DNA from: Candidatus Omnitrophota bacterium
GTDB lineage: Bacteria; Omnitrophota; Gorgyraeia; Zapsychrales; JANLHA01
Direction: 5' to 3'
Assembly: GCA_020632555.1 (NCBI GenBank)
Contig: JACKFI010000001.1
Span: 133,152-197,151, forward strand
DNA: 64,000 nucleotides
The notes beneath the pieces were generated by a model that worked only from the letters and a program-made list of their open reading frames with translations, was not told the DNA's origin and searched no databases. The first letter of the stretch is position 1. Every line of letters begins with the position of its first letter. The position numbers were made by a program, and so were the translations under genes. Shown one piece after another: positions 50,009 to 59,376 of the stretch.

Positions 50009-51943
50009 TTACTCAAAGTGCCTGTTTAATTGCTCTAGCTCATTTAATAAATCTTCACTTTTTTGCTTCTGTTGCTCAATTTTCTCTTGTTGATAAGCAA
50101 CAACCTTGGTTAAAACCGCAGCAATATCCATTGGGGCTAATCCTTGGCGTTGTTTTTGAACAACCAAAGCAGGAACATCTTCGGCAATAAAACCAACATA
50201 TTCTTCATCTTTTTGTAATTTATAATTAAACCGTACCGGATTTAAACCACGCAATGTTTCTAAAGCTTGATCCAGGTCCAAAGCCGTAATATTTTCTTTA
50301 TATTCACGACTTGATGAAGGCATGAATTTACCACTGGCATCAACATAGGCACCGTTACCAAAATCCATAATGTATTGCGGATTACTCTTATTAACCCCAA
50401 TGCAACCATTGCAACTGCCGCCTTTCTTGATGGTAAAAATATCACCCACAACAGAACTAGAGTTGCTGGTAAAGTTTAAATAATCATCCGCAGAATTATT
50501 GCCATTAATTTCCAACCCAGCGGCAGGAGTTATATCGCGAATACCCATTCTGCCAGAATAAATGATAAAAGCATTGGCTGTCGAAATATCTGCAGGCGCT
50601 GCAGAATATCCCCACAAAAAAGTATTATTAGCCCCAGTGGTCAATCTCATATTTCGACCAGCAACAAATGAATATGGGCCAACAATAGAATTATCAGCCC
50701 CACCGGCAATCATCGAACAATCAGAAGCCGCCTCAACCCTATTGAGCTTACCCCCCATAACCGTTGCATAAGGACTCAAAACGCCATTGTCTTCTCCTGC
50801 GCCAATCACAGAATAATCCTGACTCACAGTATTTCTATGCCCACCACCGACGACCGAATAAAGACCCTGAACAAGATTATCACTGCCGCCGGCAATAACC
50901 GAATACTGTCCAGAAATAACATTTGACTTCCCACCGGAATTAACAGAATATGAAGCGCTGGACGAATTTAAATGCCCCCCCGCAATAACAGTCCGATCCG
51001 TTACATTGACAAAGGTGTTGGCCCGACCGCCGCTAATGACCCCATAACTGCTAACCTGACTTGGCGAAAAAGAATTATCCCCACCACCTGAAATTATTTG
51101 ATAATCATAATAAGTCTTATTATTGTTCCCACCCGCAATAATTCTAAAACGAGAATAATTATCCGACCCGCGCGGGTGAGAATTATCTCTCCCTCCGCCG
51201 ATATCAGACCACACGTCCCCCGCACTATTATTAAAACCGGCTAGTCCTCCCTCCCAACAATCATCACGGCAAACATTGTTTTCTCCACCAAGAATAATTC
51301 CGCCCTTAGCTGCATTCGATTTACCTCCTAAAATCATTCCCCATCTGGCATCGTTATTCTCGCCACCTAAAACAAACATCCCTCTGCTGCCATATCCCAT
51401 AACTACACTGCCTGGATCAATATTCCCAACATCCCATTCATTCCCGGCAGCATACCCGGAACGAAAAGCTTTTTTCGATGGAATCCACATCAAGCGCGTA
51501 CCGGCTCCCGCAGTAACTAAGGCTGTCCCACTGGCCCAACTGGGCGTAAACCATCGCGATAAAATTCCACCATCACCGGCGAGCGTTAACTTAAACTGCG
51601 GCATCATTGTTCCAATCCCAACTTTTTTAGCTGCTGGATTCGTCGTATCGGCAAGATGGAGATTGTCTCCTGTCAATACCCACGTACCAGAGACAAGCAC
51701 GTATTTAGAAAACGGAGTGTCCTTAACACAATAATAAAGTCTGCCTAGGTCTGTCGCATTGGCATACAATGTACCAACAGGACAATTTGTATTTGGAGTA
51801 ATAGCTGGCTGAGGATTTAATCTGAGTTTGCTGTAATTTCCCGTTGGAGCAGGATAGTAGGACGTCATTTCCAAACCGCTGCAAGCTGCACAGGCGATAA
51901 ACGCGAACGAAAAAAACAAATATGCTGAAAATATTCTTCGCAT
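50009..51943 (-). CDS. Secreted fibre protein with C-terminal peptidase S74 domain (paralog 3)
   Basis: 644 aa; same architecture (YYPAPTGNY..., SSREYKENI...YVGFIAEDVPA). Confidence 0.7.
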   Translation of the reverse strand: MRRIFSAYLFFSFAFIACAACSGLEMTSYYPAPTGNYSKLRLNPQPAITPNTNCPVGTLYANATDLGRLYYCVKDTPFSKYVLVSGTWVLTGDNLHLADTTNPAAKKVGIGTMMPQFKLTLAGDGGILSRWFTPSWASGTALVTAGAGTRLMWIPSKKAFRSGYAAGNEWDVGNIDPGSVVMGYGSRGMFVLGGENNDARWGMILGGKSNAAKGGIILGGENNVCRDDCWEGGLAGFNNSAGDVWSDIGGGRDNSHPRGSDNYSRFRIIAGGNNNKTYYDYQIISGGGDNSFSPSQVSSYGVISGGRANTFVNVTDRTVIAGGHLNSSSASYSVNSGGKSNVISGQYSVIAGGSDNLVQGLYSVVGGGHRNTVSQDYSVIGAGEDNGVLSPYATVMGGKLNRVEAASDCSMIAGGADNSIVGPYSFVAGRNMRLTTGANNTFLWGYSAAPADISTANAFIIYSGRMGIRDITPAAGLEINGNNSADDYLNFTSNSSSVVGDIFTIKKGGSCNGCIGVNKSNPQYIMDFGNGAYVDASGKFMPSSSREYKENITALDLDQALETLRGLNPVRFNYKLQKDEEYVGFIAEDVPALVVQKQRQGLAPMDIAAVLTKVVAYQQEKIEQQKQKSEDLLNELEQLNRHFE

Positions 51944-52033
51944 AAGCGGTTTTGAAAAAGACCAACTGATATAAAAAAAACACTTTTTTATACTATAGGA
52001 GAAGTATACCTGAAAAAATGACTAGTCACAATG

Positions 52034-53317
52034 TCAAGAATGCATCTTTTCAGTCAAAAAGGCAAGATCGCCGCCGTGGCGATAACGAATCATACCGGCA
52101 ATGCCTACAATGGTAAAAATCGCGCCCACCGAAACCAAAATCCAAAACGCGTCAATACGTTCAGCTAGCCATGAACTGATCAACATGGAGGTCAAAAACG
52201 CAAAATGAATAACGATTTCCAACGCGCTAAAAACTTTTCCTCGCATCGCCTCATCACTGGCCACATGAACAATCGTATTAGACGCGATAAAAATCGGACC
52301 AATCACAATACCCAATAAAAACGCCAGAATCCCAGCCAAAAAAACACTTGGGTATTGCTGGACGGTCGTCGCGAAAACAATAACCATCGCTCCGCCAGCC
52401 ATCAAGCTCAAAAAAATCGTACGCGACCACAAAACTTTTTTGCCCCAACGCCCATAAAGCAAAGCGCCAATAAAGAGCCCCACACCTAAGCAAACAGCCA
52501 AAACACCCAAGTCCCGCGTGACCGTGTTAAAAGCTTTTTGAATAAAAACGATAATGACTACATAAATAGCACCAGCTGCGGACAAAAGAATAAAAAACAT
52601 ATTCATCACGAAACGAATCTGACGCTGGCTAAACAAATACTGCAAGCCTTCTTTGATTTCTGAAAAAAAAGATTTCTCAATCGCAAGAAATTCCTTGCCC
52701 TTATCAATGATTTGTTTTTTACTCAATTCGACATGAAACTTAGCACCCATTGATCCAATTAATAACGCTGAAAAAAAGTATGTTGCTCCATCACCAAAAA
52801 AACCTGCTTTCACGCCAACTTTATCAACCAAAAAACCACCTAATGCACAACCCAAGACAAAAGCCAACATACCTGTGGTCGTCAAAAGCGAATTGGCCAT
52901 CAAAATATTTTCGGCGGGAACAAGTTCAGGAACAATAGACATTTTAGCGGGCACATAAAAACGGCTAAAACAAAAAATCAGAAAAACAATAATATAAATT
53001 TCGATCATGGATTGTTTATACAAAAAGAAAAAAGGAATGATCAAAACCAGAAGTCCACGAACCAAATCACATACAAATAATGTCTTGCGTTTGTCCCAAC
53101 GATCCACATAAACGCCGGCAATAGGCCCGACGATAAAAACGGGAATAATCGTAAACGACAACAGTTTGGCCAAGCTGTAAGCTGAACCAGGTTCACGCTG
53201 GGCAATCAAACCAATCAAGGCCATTTGATTTAAGCGATCTCCAAACTGCGAAATCAGCTGTGCCCACCACAGACGCATAAACTGCTTATTTTTTTTATCA
53301 AAAATAAAACGCAACAT
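52034..53317 (-). CDS. MFS transporter
   Basis: 427 aa; 12 TM; MFS N-terminal signature (AQLISQFGDRLNQMAL...VDRWDKRK). Confidence 0.75.
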   Translation of the reverse strand: MLRFIFDKKNKQFMRLWWAQLISQFGDRLNQMALIGLIAQREPGSAYSLAKLLSFTIIPVFIVGPIAGVYVDRWDKRKTLFVCDLVRGLLVLIIPFFFLYKQSMIEIYIIVFLIFCFSRFYVPAKMSIVPELVPAENILMANSLLTTTGMLAFVLGCALGGFLVDKVGVKAGFFGDGATYFFSALLIGSMGAKFHVELSKKQIIDKGKEFLAIEKSFFSEIKEGLQYLFSQRQIRFVMNMFFILLSAAGAIYVVIIVFIQKAFNTVTRDLGVLAVCLGVGLFIGALLYGRWGKKVLWSRTIFLSLMAGGAMVIVFATTVQQYPSVFLAGILAFLLGIVIGPIFIASNTIVHVASDEAMRGKVFSALEIVIHFAFLTSMLISSWLAERIDAFWILVSVGAIFTIVGIAGMIRYRHGGDLAFLTEKMHS

Positions 53318-53320
53318 AAT

Positions 53321-55126
53321 TTAAAGCTTCTCAATACGCCGGGCCATATCGGCCAAATGCATAGTCGCCAGACGATCCAATTCATCAGGACCGGACTTGA
53401 GCAACAAAACACGCTCATAAAACGCGATCGCTTTTTCCCGTTGCCCCAGCATTTGATACGTTGAAGCGAGGTTAAATAAAGCTTCTTTCAAATTTCCATC
53501 TAATGAAATTGCTTTTTCGTAATACTCAATGGCCCGCCGGGGATCAGATAATTTCGAATACAAAATCCCCAAACTATGGTAACCGCGCGCATTATCGGGT
53601 TTTTCTCTCATCAAACGTTCATAATGTGAAACCAAAAACAATTCCGTAGACTTGATATTATCGTCAAGCAAGTTCTTCAAATCGCCCGGATCGGTAATCT
53701 TATCATATTCGCGCAAACCTTCCCAAAACTTACCTTGATCACATAAGGATTTACCCAAACCAATGCGCGCCCGGATATTAAAAGGTTCAACATCCAAAAC
53801 TTTTCGAAAATTATGTTCAGCCAGATCAAACCGATTGCGCTTAGCATAAGATAAAGCCAAAGAATTGCGAATACGCGTATTGGTCGGATTAATGGACAAA
53901 GTGCGCTCGAACATTGCGATTTCATTGCTGGAATAAATGTTGTATTGAATCGTTAAAAGAATCAAAAATAAAGAAAACCCTATCACACCAGAGCGAATCA
54001 TGAAAGGAGAAATCAATTTACGGCGCGCACAGGCTTTTTTGTAATGCTCAAAGAGCACCATGGCTAAAACAAAAATACCAATGCTGGGCACATATAAAAA
54101 ATGCTCCGCTGTTGAAATATAGCCCGGCTGGACTCCCACTGTTGTAATAATCTGAGAAACAGGTAAAAGTTCAATAAAAAACCAGCTCACACAAAAAGCT
54201 TGCAACCCTGTGATTTTCTCGCGCTTAATCCAAGCCATCGCCATTAAGGCCAAGAAAAATAGCACAGTCAGAATCACCTGAGTGTCCATGAAACTAATAA
54301 AAATCGGCTGAGAACGATCAAAATAAAGATCAACCGGAAAAATGAAAAGGCGCAAATCGATGATCACACTTTTTAAAAATGTCAAAAAACCCAAAACCAT
54401 TTCACTCGCCGATCGCCACGGAAAAGTTCTCGTAATGCCTAAAATATGGCGTATCCCCAAATAAACTCCGGCGACAGCAGCGTAAGGAACAAGGCCAACG
54501 AAAAGTTTTTTAAAATGAAAGCTTTGTTTTTCCTTAATAAAATAAGAATAACTTAAAAACACCAATGGAAGAATACCCGCGGATTCTTTGCACAGCAGCG
54601 CCAAAGCAAACGCGATCAGTGAAAAATACGAATAATATTTCCGGCGGTCGGAATAAATAAAAAAATAAAATGACGCCAGCCCATAAAAAGCGCACAAAAG
54701 AATAGAACGCCCGGGAATATTAGACACCGCCTCCCATTGAATCGGATGCAAAGCAAACAAAAATGCCGCTCCCAAGGCCATGGCTCGTCGATCTGTCAAA
54801 GCAAAAACAATCGCAAAAACCCAGAAAGCGTTGAGAATATGAATAAGAATATTGTCTACATAATACGGAACGGGATCGAGTTTAAAAAAATGGTATTCCT
54901 TCATAAAACTCAGCGTAACCAATGGCCGATAATAAGCCTCCCCACTAAAAAAAGCGCTGGTCATCACTTTGGGAATATTACGAAAACTGCGAACATCTTC
55001 ATTGCGGACAATTGAATAATCATCATCCAGCGTCTTAAAAGCGCCATTAATGCTAAACGAATAGACAAAACATGTCATAAACGCCAACAAAATCAACCCA
55101 ACAAGTGTTTTACGTTTTTCAATCAT
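53321..55126 (-). CDS. TMTC-like GT-C membrane glycosyltransferase with C-terminal TPR repeats
   Basis: 601 aa; first-loop acidic motif LDDDYSIVRNEDV; YYRPL and FALHPIQWEAV blocks as in TMTC/DUF1736 proteins; about 11 TM; C-terminal TPR repeats. Confidence 0.6.
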   Translation of the reverse strand: MIEKRKTLVGLILLAFMTCFVYSFSINGAFKTLDDDYSIVRNEDVRSFRNIPKVMTSAFFSGEAYYRPLVTLSFMKEYHFFKLDPVPYYVDNILIHILNAFWVFAIVFALTDRRAMALGAAFLFALHPIQWEAVSNIPGRSILLCAFYGLASFYFFIYSDRRKYYSYFSLIAFALALLCKESAGILPLVFLSYSYFIKEKQSFHFKKLFVGLVPYAAVAGVYLGIRHILGITRTFPWRSASEMVLGFLTFLKSVIIDLRLFIFPVDLYFDRSQPIFISFMDTQVILTVLFFLALMAMAWIKREKITGLQAFCVSWFFIELLPVSQIITTVGVQPGYISTAEHFLYVPSIGIFVLAMVLFEHYKKACARRKLISPFMIRSGVIGFSLFLILLTIQYNIYSSNEIAMFERTLSINPTNTRIRNSLALSYAKRNRFDLAEHNFRKVLDVEPFNIRARIGLGKSLCDQGKFWEGLREYDKITDPGDLKNLLDDNIKSTELFLVSHYERLMREKPDNARGYHSLGILYSKLSDPRRAIEYYEKAISLDGNLKEALFNLASTYQMLGQREKAIAFYERVLLLKSGPDELDRLATMHLADMARRIEKL

Positions 55127-56927
55127 TTTTTTTCTCTGCCTGGTTAAGGTAATTTTCTACCGCTTTTAAATTCATATCCCCATCAAACTTTTCTTGAGCT
55201 TTTGCCAATACCGTCCGCGCTTGCGGCAAATCACCGGCCTCAATGTTAATATGTATCACAAAAACATAAGCCAGTACCGATTGAGAATCAACTGCCATGG
55301 CCTGCAAAGCACAATCTTTTGCCGACACATAATCTTTTTTAATCAAATAATTCCTCGAAAGCTCCAAATACAATCCCGAAAAACCGGGAGCCAACTCAAT
55401 GGCTTTCTTCAAATAACCAATCGCGGCGTCGGGAGTAGCAGCCGCTTTACTTAGAAGATGATAAGTCATAAATTTTTCTTTGTCACTGGAAATAAACGGA
55501 TTATTCATCGCGACTTTAAGATGTTGTGTAAGATATTTAACCGCCTGCGGCGAATGACCTGCCAAATAACTATCCAAGCCTAAAATCCAATACGGGCGAG
55601 AACTATCCGGATACCGGCGAATCATTTCGCGGCAAGCCACAAAATTATTTCTAAAGAAATCATTATTGGCAATGGTTAAAATAATCAAAAACCCTGTCCA
55701 AACTCCTGGCAATATCAATCTCATGTTCAACGTAATATGTCGTCGAGTAAACCACTGCGCAAGATGGTCTATACCAATCGCAAATAACAAAAAAAATCCA
55801 ATCGACGGCAAATACAAGAAACGAAATGCTAAAGGATTAAGCAAAGGAAAGATCCCAGAAGCCGGGAAATAATTGACAAAAAACCACACAAACCCAAAAG
55901 TAATAATTTTATCGCGTCGAAAAAAATTAACGGCTAAAATTATGGACAATAAGCTAACAACCAACGGCACCATCAATTCCCAAATCGGCATTGGAAAAAT
56001 TGGCGGGGCATACAAGGGAGGAAGAACAGAAACTTTAAACGGCAAAACCAGCGCCACGCAGTACTGTAAGAAAAGTTTAAGCATCAAGACAATTTGCGCT
56101 AAACCTTTTAAAGCATAAGGCGAAGGCTGTAAATAAAATACATTAGGAATTAAAATGAAGTACACACATAAATAAAAGATCGTGATTCCAGCCAAAACCG
56201 CGTAAAGCCCCTTCTTTTGACCAAGAATCTGTCGACCCTTTTGCGCTGAAAGAAAGAACCAGTCGACAATAAAAATAATAAATGGAAAAGTTACTGCTGT
56301 TTCTTTTGAAAACAAAGCCAAAAAATATGACACTCCGACAAGACCAAACCAGAGGCCTTTTCTTTTAGCCTCACTAAAGCGCGCATAAGCTAAAACCGCG
56401 CACAAATAAAACATCGTCATCAAAATATCCGAACGATACCCGCTGGCATTGACAACTTCCGACTGAATTGGATGGACTGCGAAAAAACTTGCCGCCCAAA
56501 AAGCTATTTTTTTATTGCCGGAAATCCGCAGGATAAAATAAAAAACCAAAATGCAGGTCAAAAAATGAAGAAATATATTACTAAAATGATGCCCCGTCGG
56601 ATTGTTCTTCCATAAAGCGTAATCTATAAAAAAGGTCGCAGCGCTAACCGGACGATAAGAAACGCACCCGGAAAAAGATTGAGTCTTTTGTGAAGCATCA
56701 TAAGTCGACGGATTCATGACCAAATCTTGTGAGAAAATCTTTGGGAAATTGGTCAGACTTTTATAAAATTCATTGCCGCTAAAAAGAGCCTTGTCGTCGC
56801 CAACAAAGTCATTTTGCAAACAATTGTGAAAAGCGGCTGCAACAAAAAGCGCTAAAAGAAAAATAATTAATCGATTGGTGAAGGGAATTTTTGTGAAGGA
56901 AAAATTTTTCAAGGCACGAAGAATCAA
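55119..56927 (-). CDS. TMTC-like GT-C membrane glycosyltransferase with C-terminal TPR repeats (paralog)
   Basis: 602 aa; FVGDDKALFSGNEF, YRPV and FAVHPIQSEVV blocks; polytopic; C-terminal TPR; 8-bp overlap with the downstream paralog. Confidence 0.6.
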   Translation of the reverse strand: MILRALKNFSFTKIPFTNRLIIFLLALFVAAAFHNCLQNDFVGDDKALFSGNEFYKSLTNFPKIFSQDLVMNPSTYDASQKTQSFSGCVSYRPVSAATFFIDYALWKNNPTGHHFSNIFLHFLTCILVFYFILRISGNKKIAFWAASFFAVHPIQSEVVNASGYRSDILMTMFYLCAVLAYARFSEAKRKGLWFGLVGVSYFLALFSKETAVTFPFIIFIVDWFFLSAQKGRQILGQKKGLYAVLAGITIFYLCVYFILIPNVFYLQPSPYALKGLAQIVLMLKLFLQYCVALVLPFKVSVLPPLYAPPIFPMPIWELMVPLVVSLLSIILAVNFFRRDKIITFGFVWFFVNYFPASGIFPLLNPLAFRFLYLPSIGFFLLFAIGIDHLAQWFTRRHITLNMRLILPGVWTGFLIILTIANNDFFRNNFVACREMIRRYPDSSRPYWILGLDSYLAGHSPQAVKYLTQHLKVAMNNPFISSDKEKFMTYHLLSKAAATPDAAIGYLKKAIELAPGFSGLYLELSRNYLIKKDYVSAKDCALQAMAVDSQSVLAYVFVIHINIEAGDLPQARTVLAKAQEKFDGDMNLKAVENYLNQAEKKND

Positions 56928-56942
56928 ATTTTAATGAAACAT

Positions 56943-57015
56943 CAAAAAACAAGCTGGCGGTCAGGGTTGAACTGACGGCCTGCGCATTACGAATGCGCTG
57001 CTCTACCGACTGAGC
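56943..57015 (-). tRNA. tRNA-Thr (anticodon CGT)
   Basis: Reverse complement GCTGGCGTAGCTCAGTCGGTAGAGCAGCGCATTCGTAATGCGCAGGCCGTCAGTTCAACCCTGACCGCCAGC+T; perfect 7-bp acceptor stem; anticodon loop TTCGTAA; CCA not encoded. Confidence 0.85.
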
Positions 57016-57495
57016 TACGCCAGCGAATTACCTTAAAATAATCAAAACAAACCTTAAGAAAAATTCGCCAGTACTGTTTTCCTTATATCTTTTTACAGAA
57101 AAAACAGTGCGCCAGCAAACTTCCACTAAACTTACAAAATTTACCCTTAGAACAGTTTGCCAGTACTGCCTTCTACTTTTACTATCTTGAGAAGGCATGT
57201 ACGCCAGCGAATTACCTTAAAATCATCAAAACAACCTTAAGAAAAATTTGCCAGTACTGTTTTCCTTATATCTTTTTACAGAAAAAACAGTGCGCCAGCA
57301 AACTTCCACTAAACTTACAAAATTTACCCTTAGAACAGTTTGCCAGTACTGCCTTCTACTTTTACTATCTTGAGAAGGCATGTACGCCAGCGAATTACCT
57401 TAAAATCATCAAAACAAACCTTAAGAAAAATTTACCAGTACTGTTTTCCTTATATCTTTTTACAGAAAAAACAGTGCGCCAGCATTTACATCAAA
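57009..57495. repeat. Tandem repeat array (~190-bp units made of two ~95-bp sub-units, about 2.6 copies) starting inside the tRNA-Thr 5' end
   Basis: cgccagcgaattaccttaaaat... recurs at 57009, 57202 and 57385; each sub-unit carries an inverted repeat (ACTGTTTT..AAAACAGT or TGCCTTCT..AGAAGGCA) and the palindrome CAGTACTG. Confidence 0.8.
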
Positions 57496-57496
57496 T

Positions 57497-57650
57497 TTTT
57501 CGCGGGAAACCGGGACATCACCCACCGAACAACATTGCACCAAACTAAAAAAAAAGAATGGTGCCGAGACTAAGGGATTGTTGTGGGAAACCGGGATTTC
57601 ACCCACCGAACAACAAAGCACCAAACTAAAAAAAAGAATGGTGCCGAGAC
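57497..57650. repeat. Tandem ~80-bp repeat duplicating the tRNA-Phe 3' end
   Basis: gggaaaccggga(c/t)(a/t)tcacccaccgaacaaca(t/a)(t/a)gcaccaaactaaaaaaa(a)gaatggtgccgagac occurs at about 57505-57570 and 57585-57650; the second copy is fused to the tRNA-Phe 3' terminus. Confidence 0.75.
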
Positions 57651-57714
57651 CCGGAATTGAACCGGGGACGCACGGCTTTTCAGGCCGTCGCTCTACCGAC
57701 TGAGCTATCTCGGC
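57639..57714 (-). tRNA. tRNA-Phe (anticodon GAA)
   Basis: Reverse complement GCCGAGATAGCTCAGTCGGTAGAGCGACGGCCTGAAAAGCCGTGCGTCCCCGGTTCAATTCCGGGTCTCGGCACCA; CCA is encoded. Confidence 0.9.
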
Positions 57715-57973
57715 ACAACTGCTGCTACAAATAAAAGGTTGCTACCTTAGAAGTTTTGCTTTGAATAGCTTTTGTCCCGCTTGCGGGACTGAGCTACTCA
57801 AGCGTTTGCATCTAAATCTTTTCTGAGAAAACGCCAGTGCCGCACAATTAGCGGCGCTCGGCACAACTATCTTTTAAGATATTAAATCCAAATCAAAGAC
57901 CAGTGATTCTATCCAACCTCATCCCAAATGTCAACCGCGAAAGCCCACAACGACCACCGCGACACAATCACAA

Positions 57974-58375
57974 CTACGGATGCGACCGTTGAACAATCTT
58001 GGTATAAATATCCTGAGCTAATTTAATTCTTGGCATCATGCCCCGACGAGCTTTGACTCGTAGTTTTACAGTATCTGCGACCGGTTCAGCCACTGTCACC
58101 GTAATATGAGCCCCAGAAACCTTAGCAACAACCACTCCGGCAATTTCATTCTTCTCTTCAATCAGCCCCATAATGGATACTGTATCAACCGCGGCCTGCC
58201 AAATATCCTGCATGGTATATCCACTGACCATGCCCTCAACCGTGTCTGGACTAATCGCATAACCGCCCAAAGCCCCGACGCCGCCAATTACCAAATAAAA
58301 ACAGCCACTGCCGGTCAATAAAAATAAAACCAACGCTATCGAAAAAAAACTTTTCTTAACAGAAAACCTTTCCAC
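57974..58375 (-). CDS. Hypothetical lipoprotein
   Basis: 133 aa; signal peptide with LTGSGC lipobox-like sequence. Confidence 0.35.
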   Translation of the reverse strand: MERFSVKKSFFSIALVLFLLTGSGCFYLVIGGVGALGGYAISPDTVEGMVSGYTMQDIWQAAVDTVSIMGLIEEKNEIAGVVVAKVSGAHITVTVAEPVADTVKLRVKARRGMMPRIKLAQDIYTKIVQRSHP

Positions 58376-58562
58376 CCTTTATCTCCCAACCAAATGAGCA
58401 ATCCATTACAGCGTCAAGATTTTTGCTTATCCCTTGCAAGGCTTACGGCCATGATTGGCTTTTTTTGATCGCCAATTCAATTTGCCAACTTTACTTTTAC
58501 GTCCCATTCTGATCCCCTCCTTAATAATTTAAGGTACCATCGTACTACGCGACACGAAAAAA

Positions 58563-59216
58563 TCAAAGCAAAAATTTTCTCACCTGATAAACATTCTCAA
58601 CTACGGCCAAAGGCTTTAAAGCTGTTAATTCTGCAATTGTACTGGAACCTGTTGCTACCGCTACGGTTTTAACTCTCGCCCGCCGGCCGGTCAAAACATC
58701 AATCCCCATATCTCCCACATAGAGAGCTTGAGACGGCTTGAGCTTAAACTTCTTTAAAATCGCCTTAAGAATATCCGCCGCCGGCTTAGGACGCGCCACC
58801 TTATCCCCACATAAAACATAATCGAAGAAAATATTGATTTTTAAATACCTTATCGCAATCAGCGAAAACTTAGTCGGGCGATTGCTGGCCACTGCGATTC
58901 TTAATCCTTGCGCCTGCAAATATTGTAGAATTTTCAACGCGCCCGGCAATAGCTTGGTATCTTTGCGCAAAGCTAAAGCATGATGCTGTCGATAAACACT
59001 CAGCGCTCGGTCAATATCTTTGTCTCCGATTTTGTCCCCCAGAAAAGACTGCAACAAATGCCGGTCACCCCAACCCACTGTGCGTTTAATCGTCGAGTGC
59101 GCAATTGGGGCAAAACCAAATTTATCGACGGTATAATTGACACTGCGATAAACCGCCGGATAAGCGTTCATCAAAGTCCCATCAAGATCAAAAACAACAA
59201 GTTTGATTTTTTTCAT
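58563..59216 (-). CDS. HAD-superfamily hydrolase (phosphoglycolate phosphatase-like)
   Basis: 217 aa; motif I VVFDLDGTL and the other HAD motifs. Confidence 0.7.
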   Translation of the reverse strand: MKKIKLVVFDLDGTLMNAYPAVYRSVNYTVDKFGFAPIAHSTIKRTVGWGDRHLLQSFLGDKIGDKDIDRALSVYRQHHALALRKDTKLLPGALKILQYLQAQGLRIAVASNRPTKFSLIAIRYLKINIFFDYVLCGDKVARPKPAADILKAILKKFKLKPSQALYVGDMGIDVLTGRRARVKTVAVATGSSTIAELTALKPLAVVENVYQVRKFLL

Positions 59217-59376
59217 AGTCGAATATTATAATTTAGAAATATTTTAGAAACTCATCTTATCATCGATTAACTAAATTGCTTGCCTTAGTGCTACAATTTT
59301 ATTTCGATGCTAAGACAAAAAAATCCCGCATGCCGATTTTCCAACATGCGGGATTGTGACGCAATGACTAATGAAC

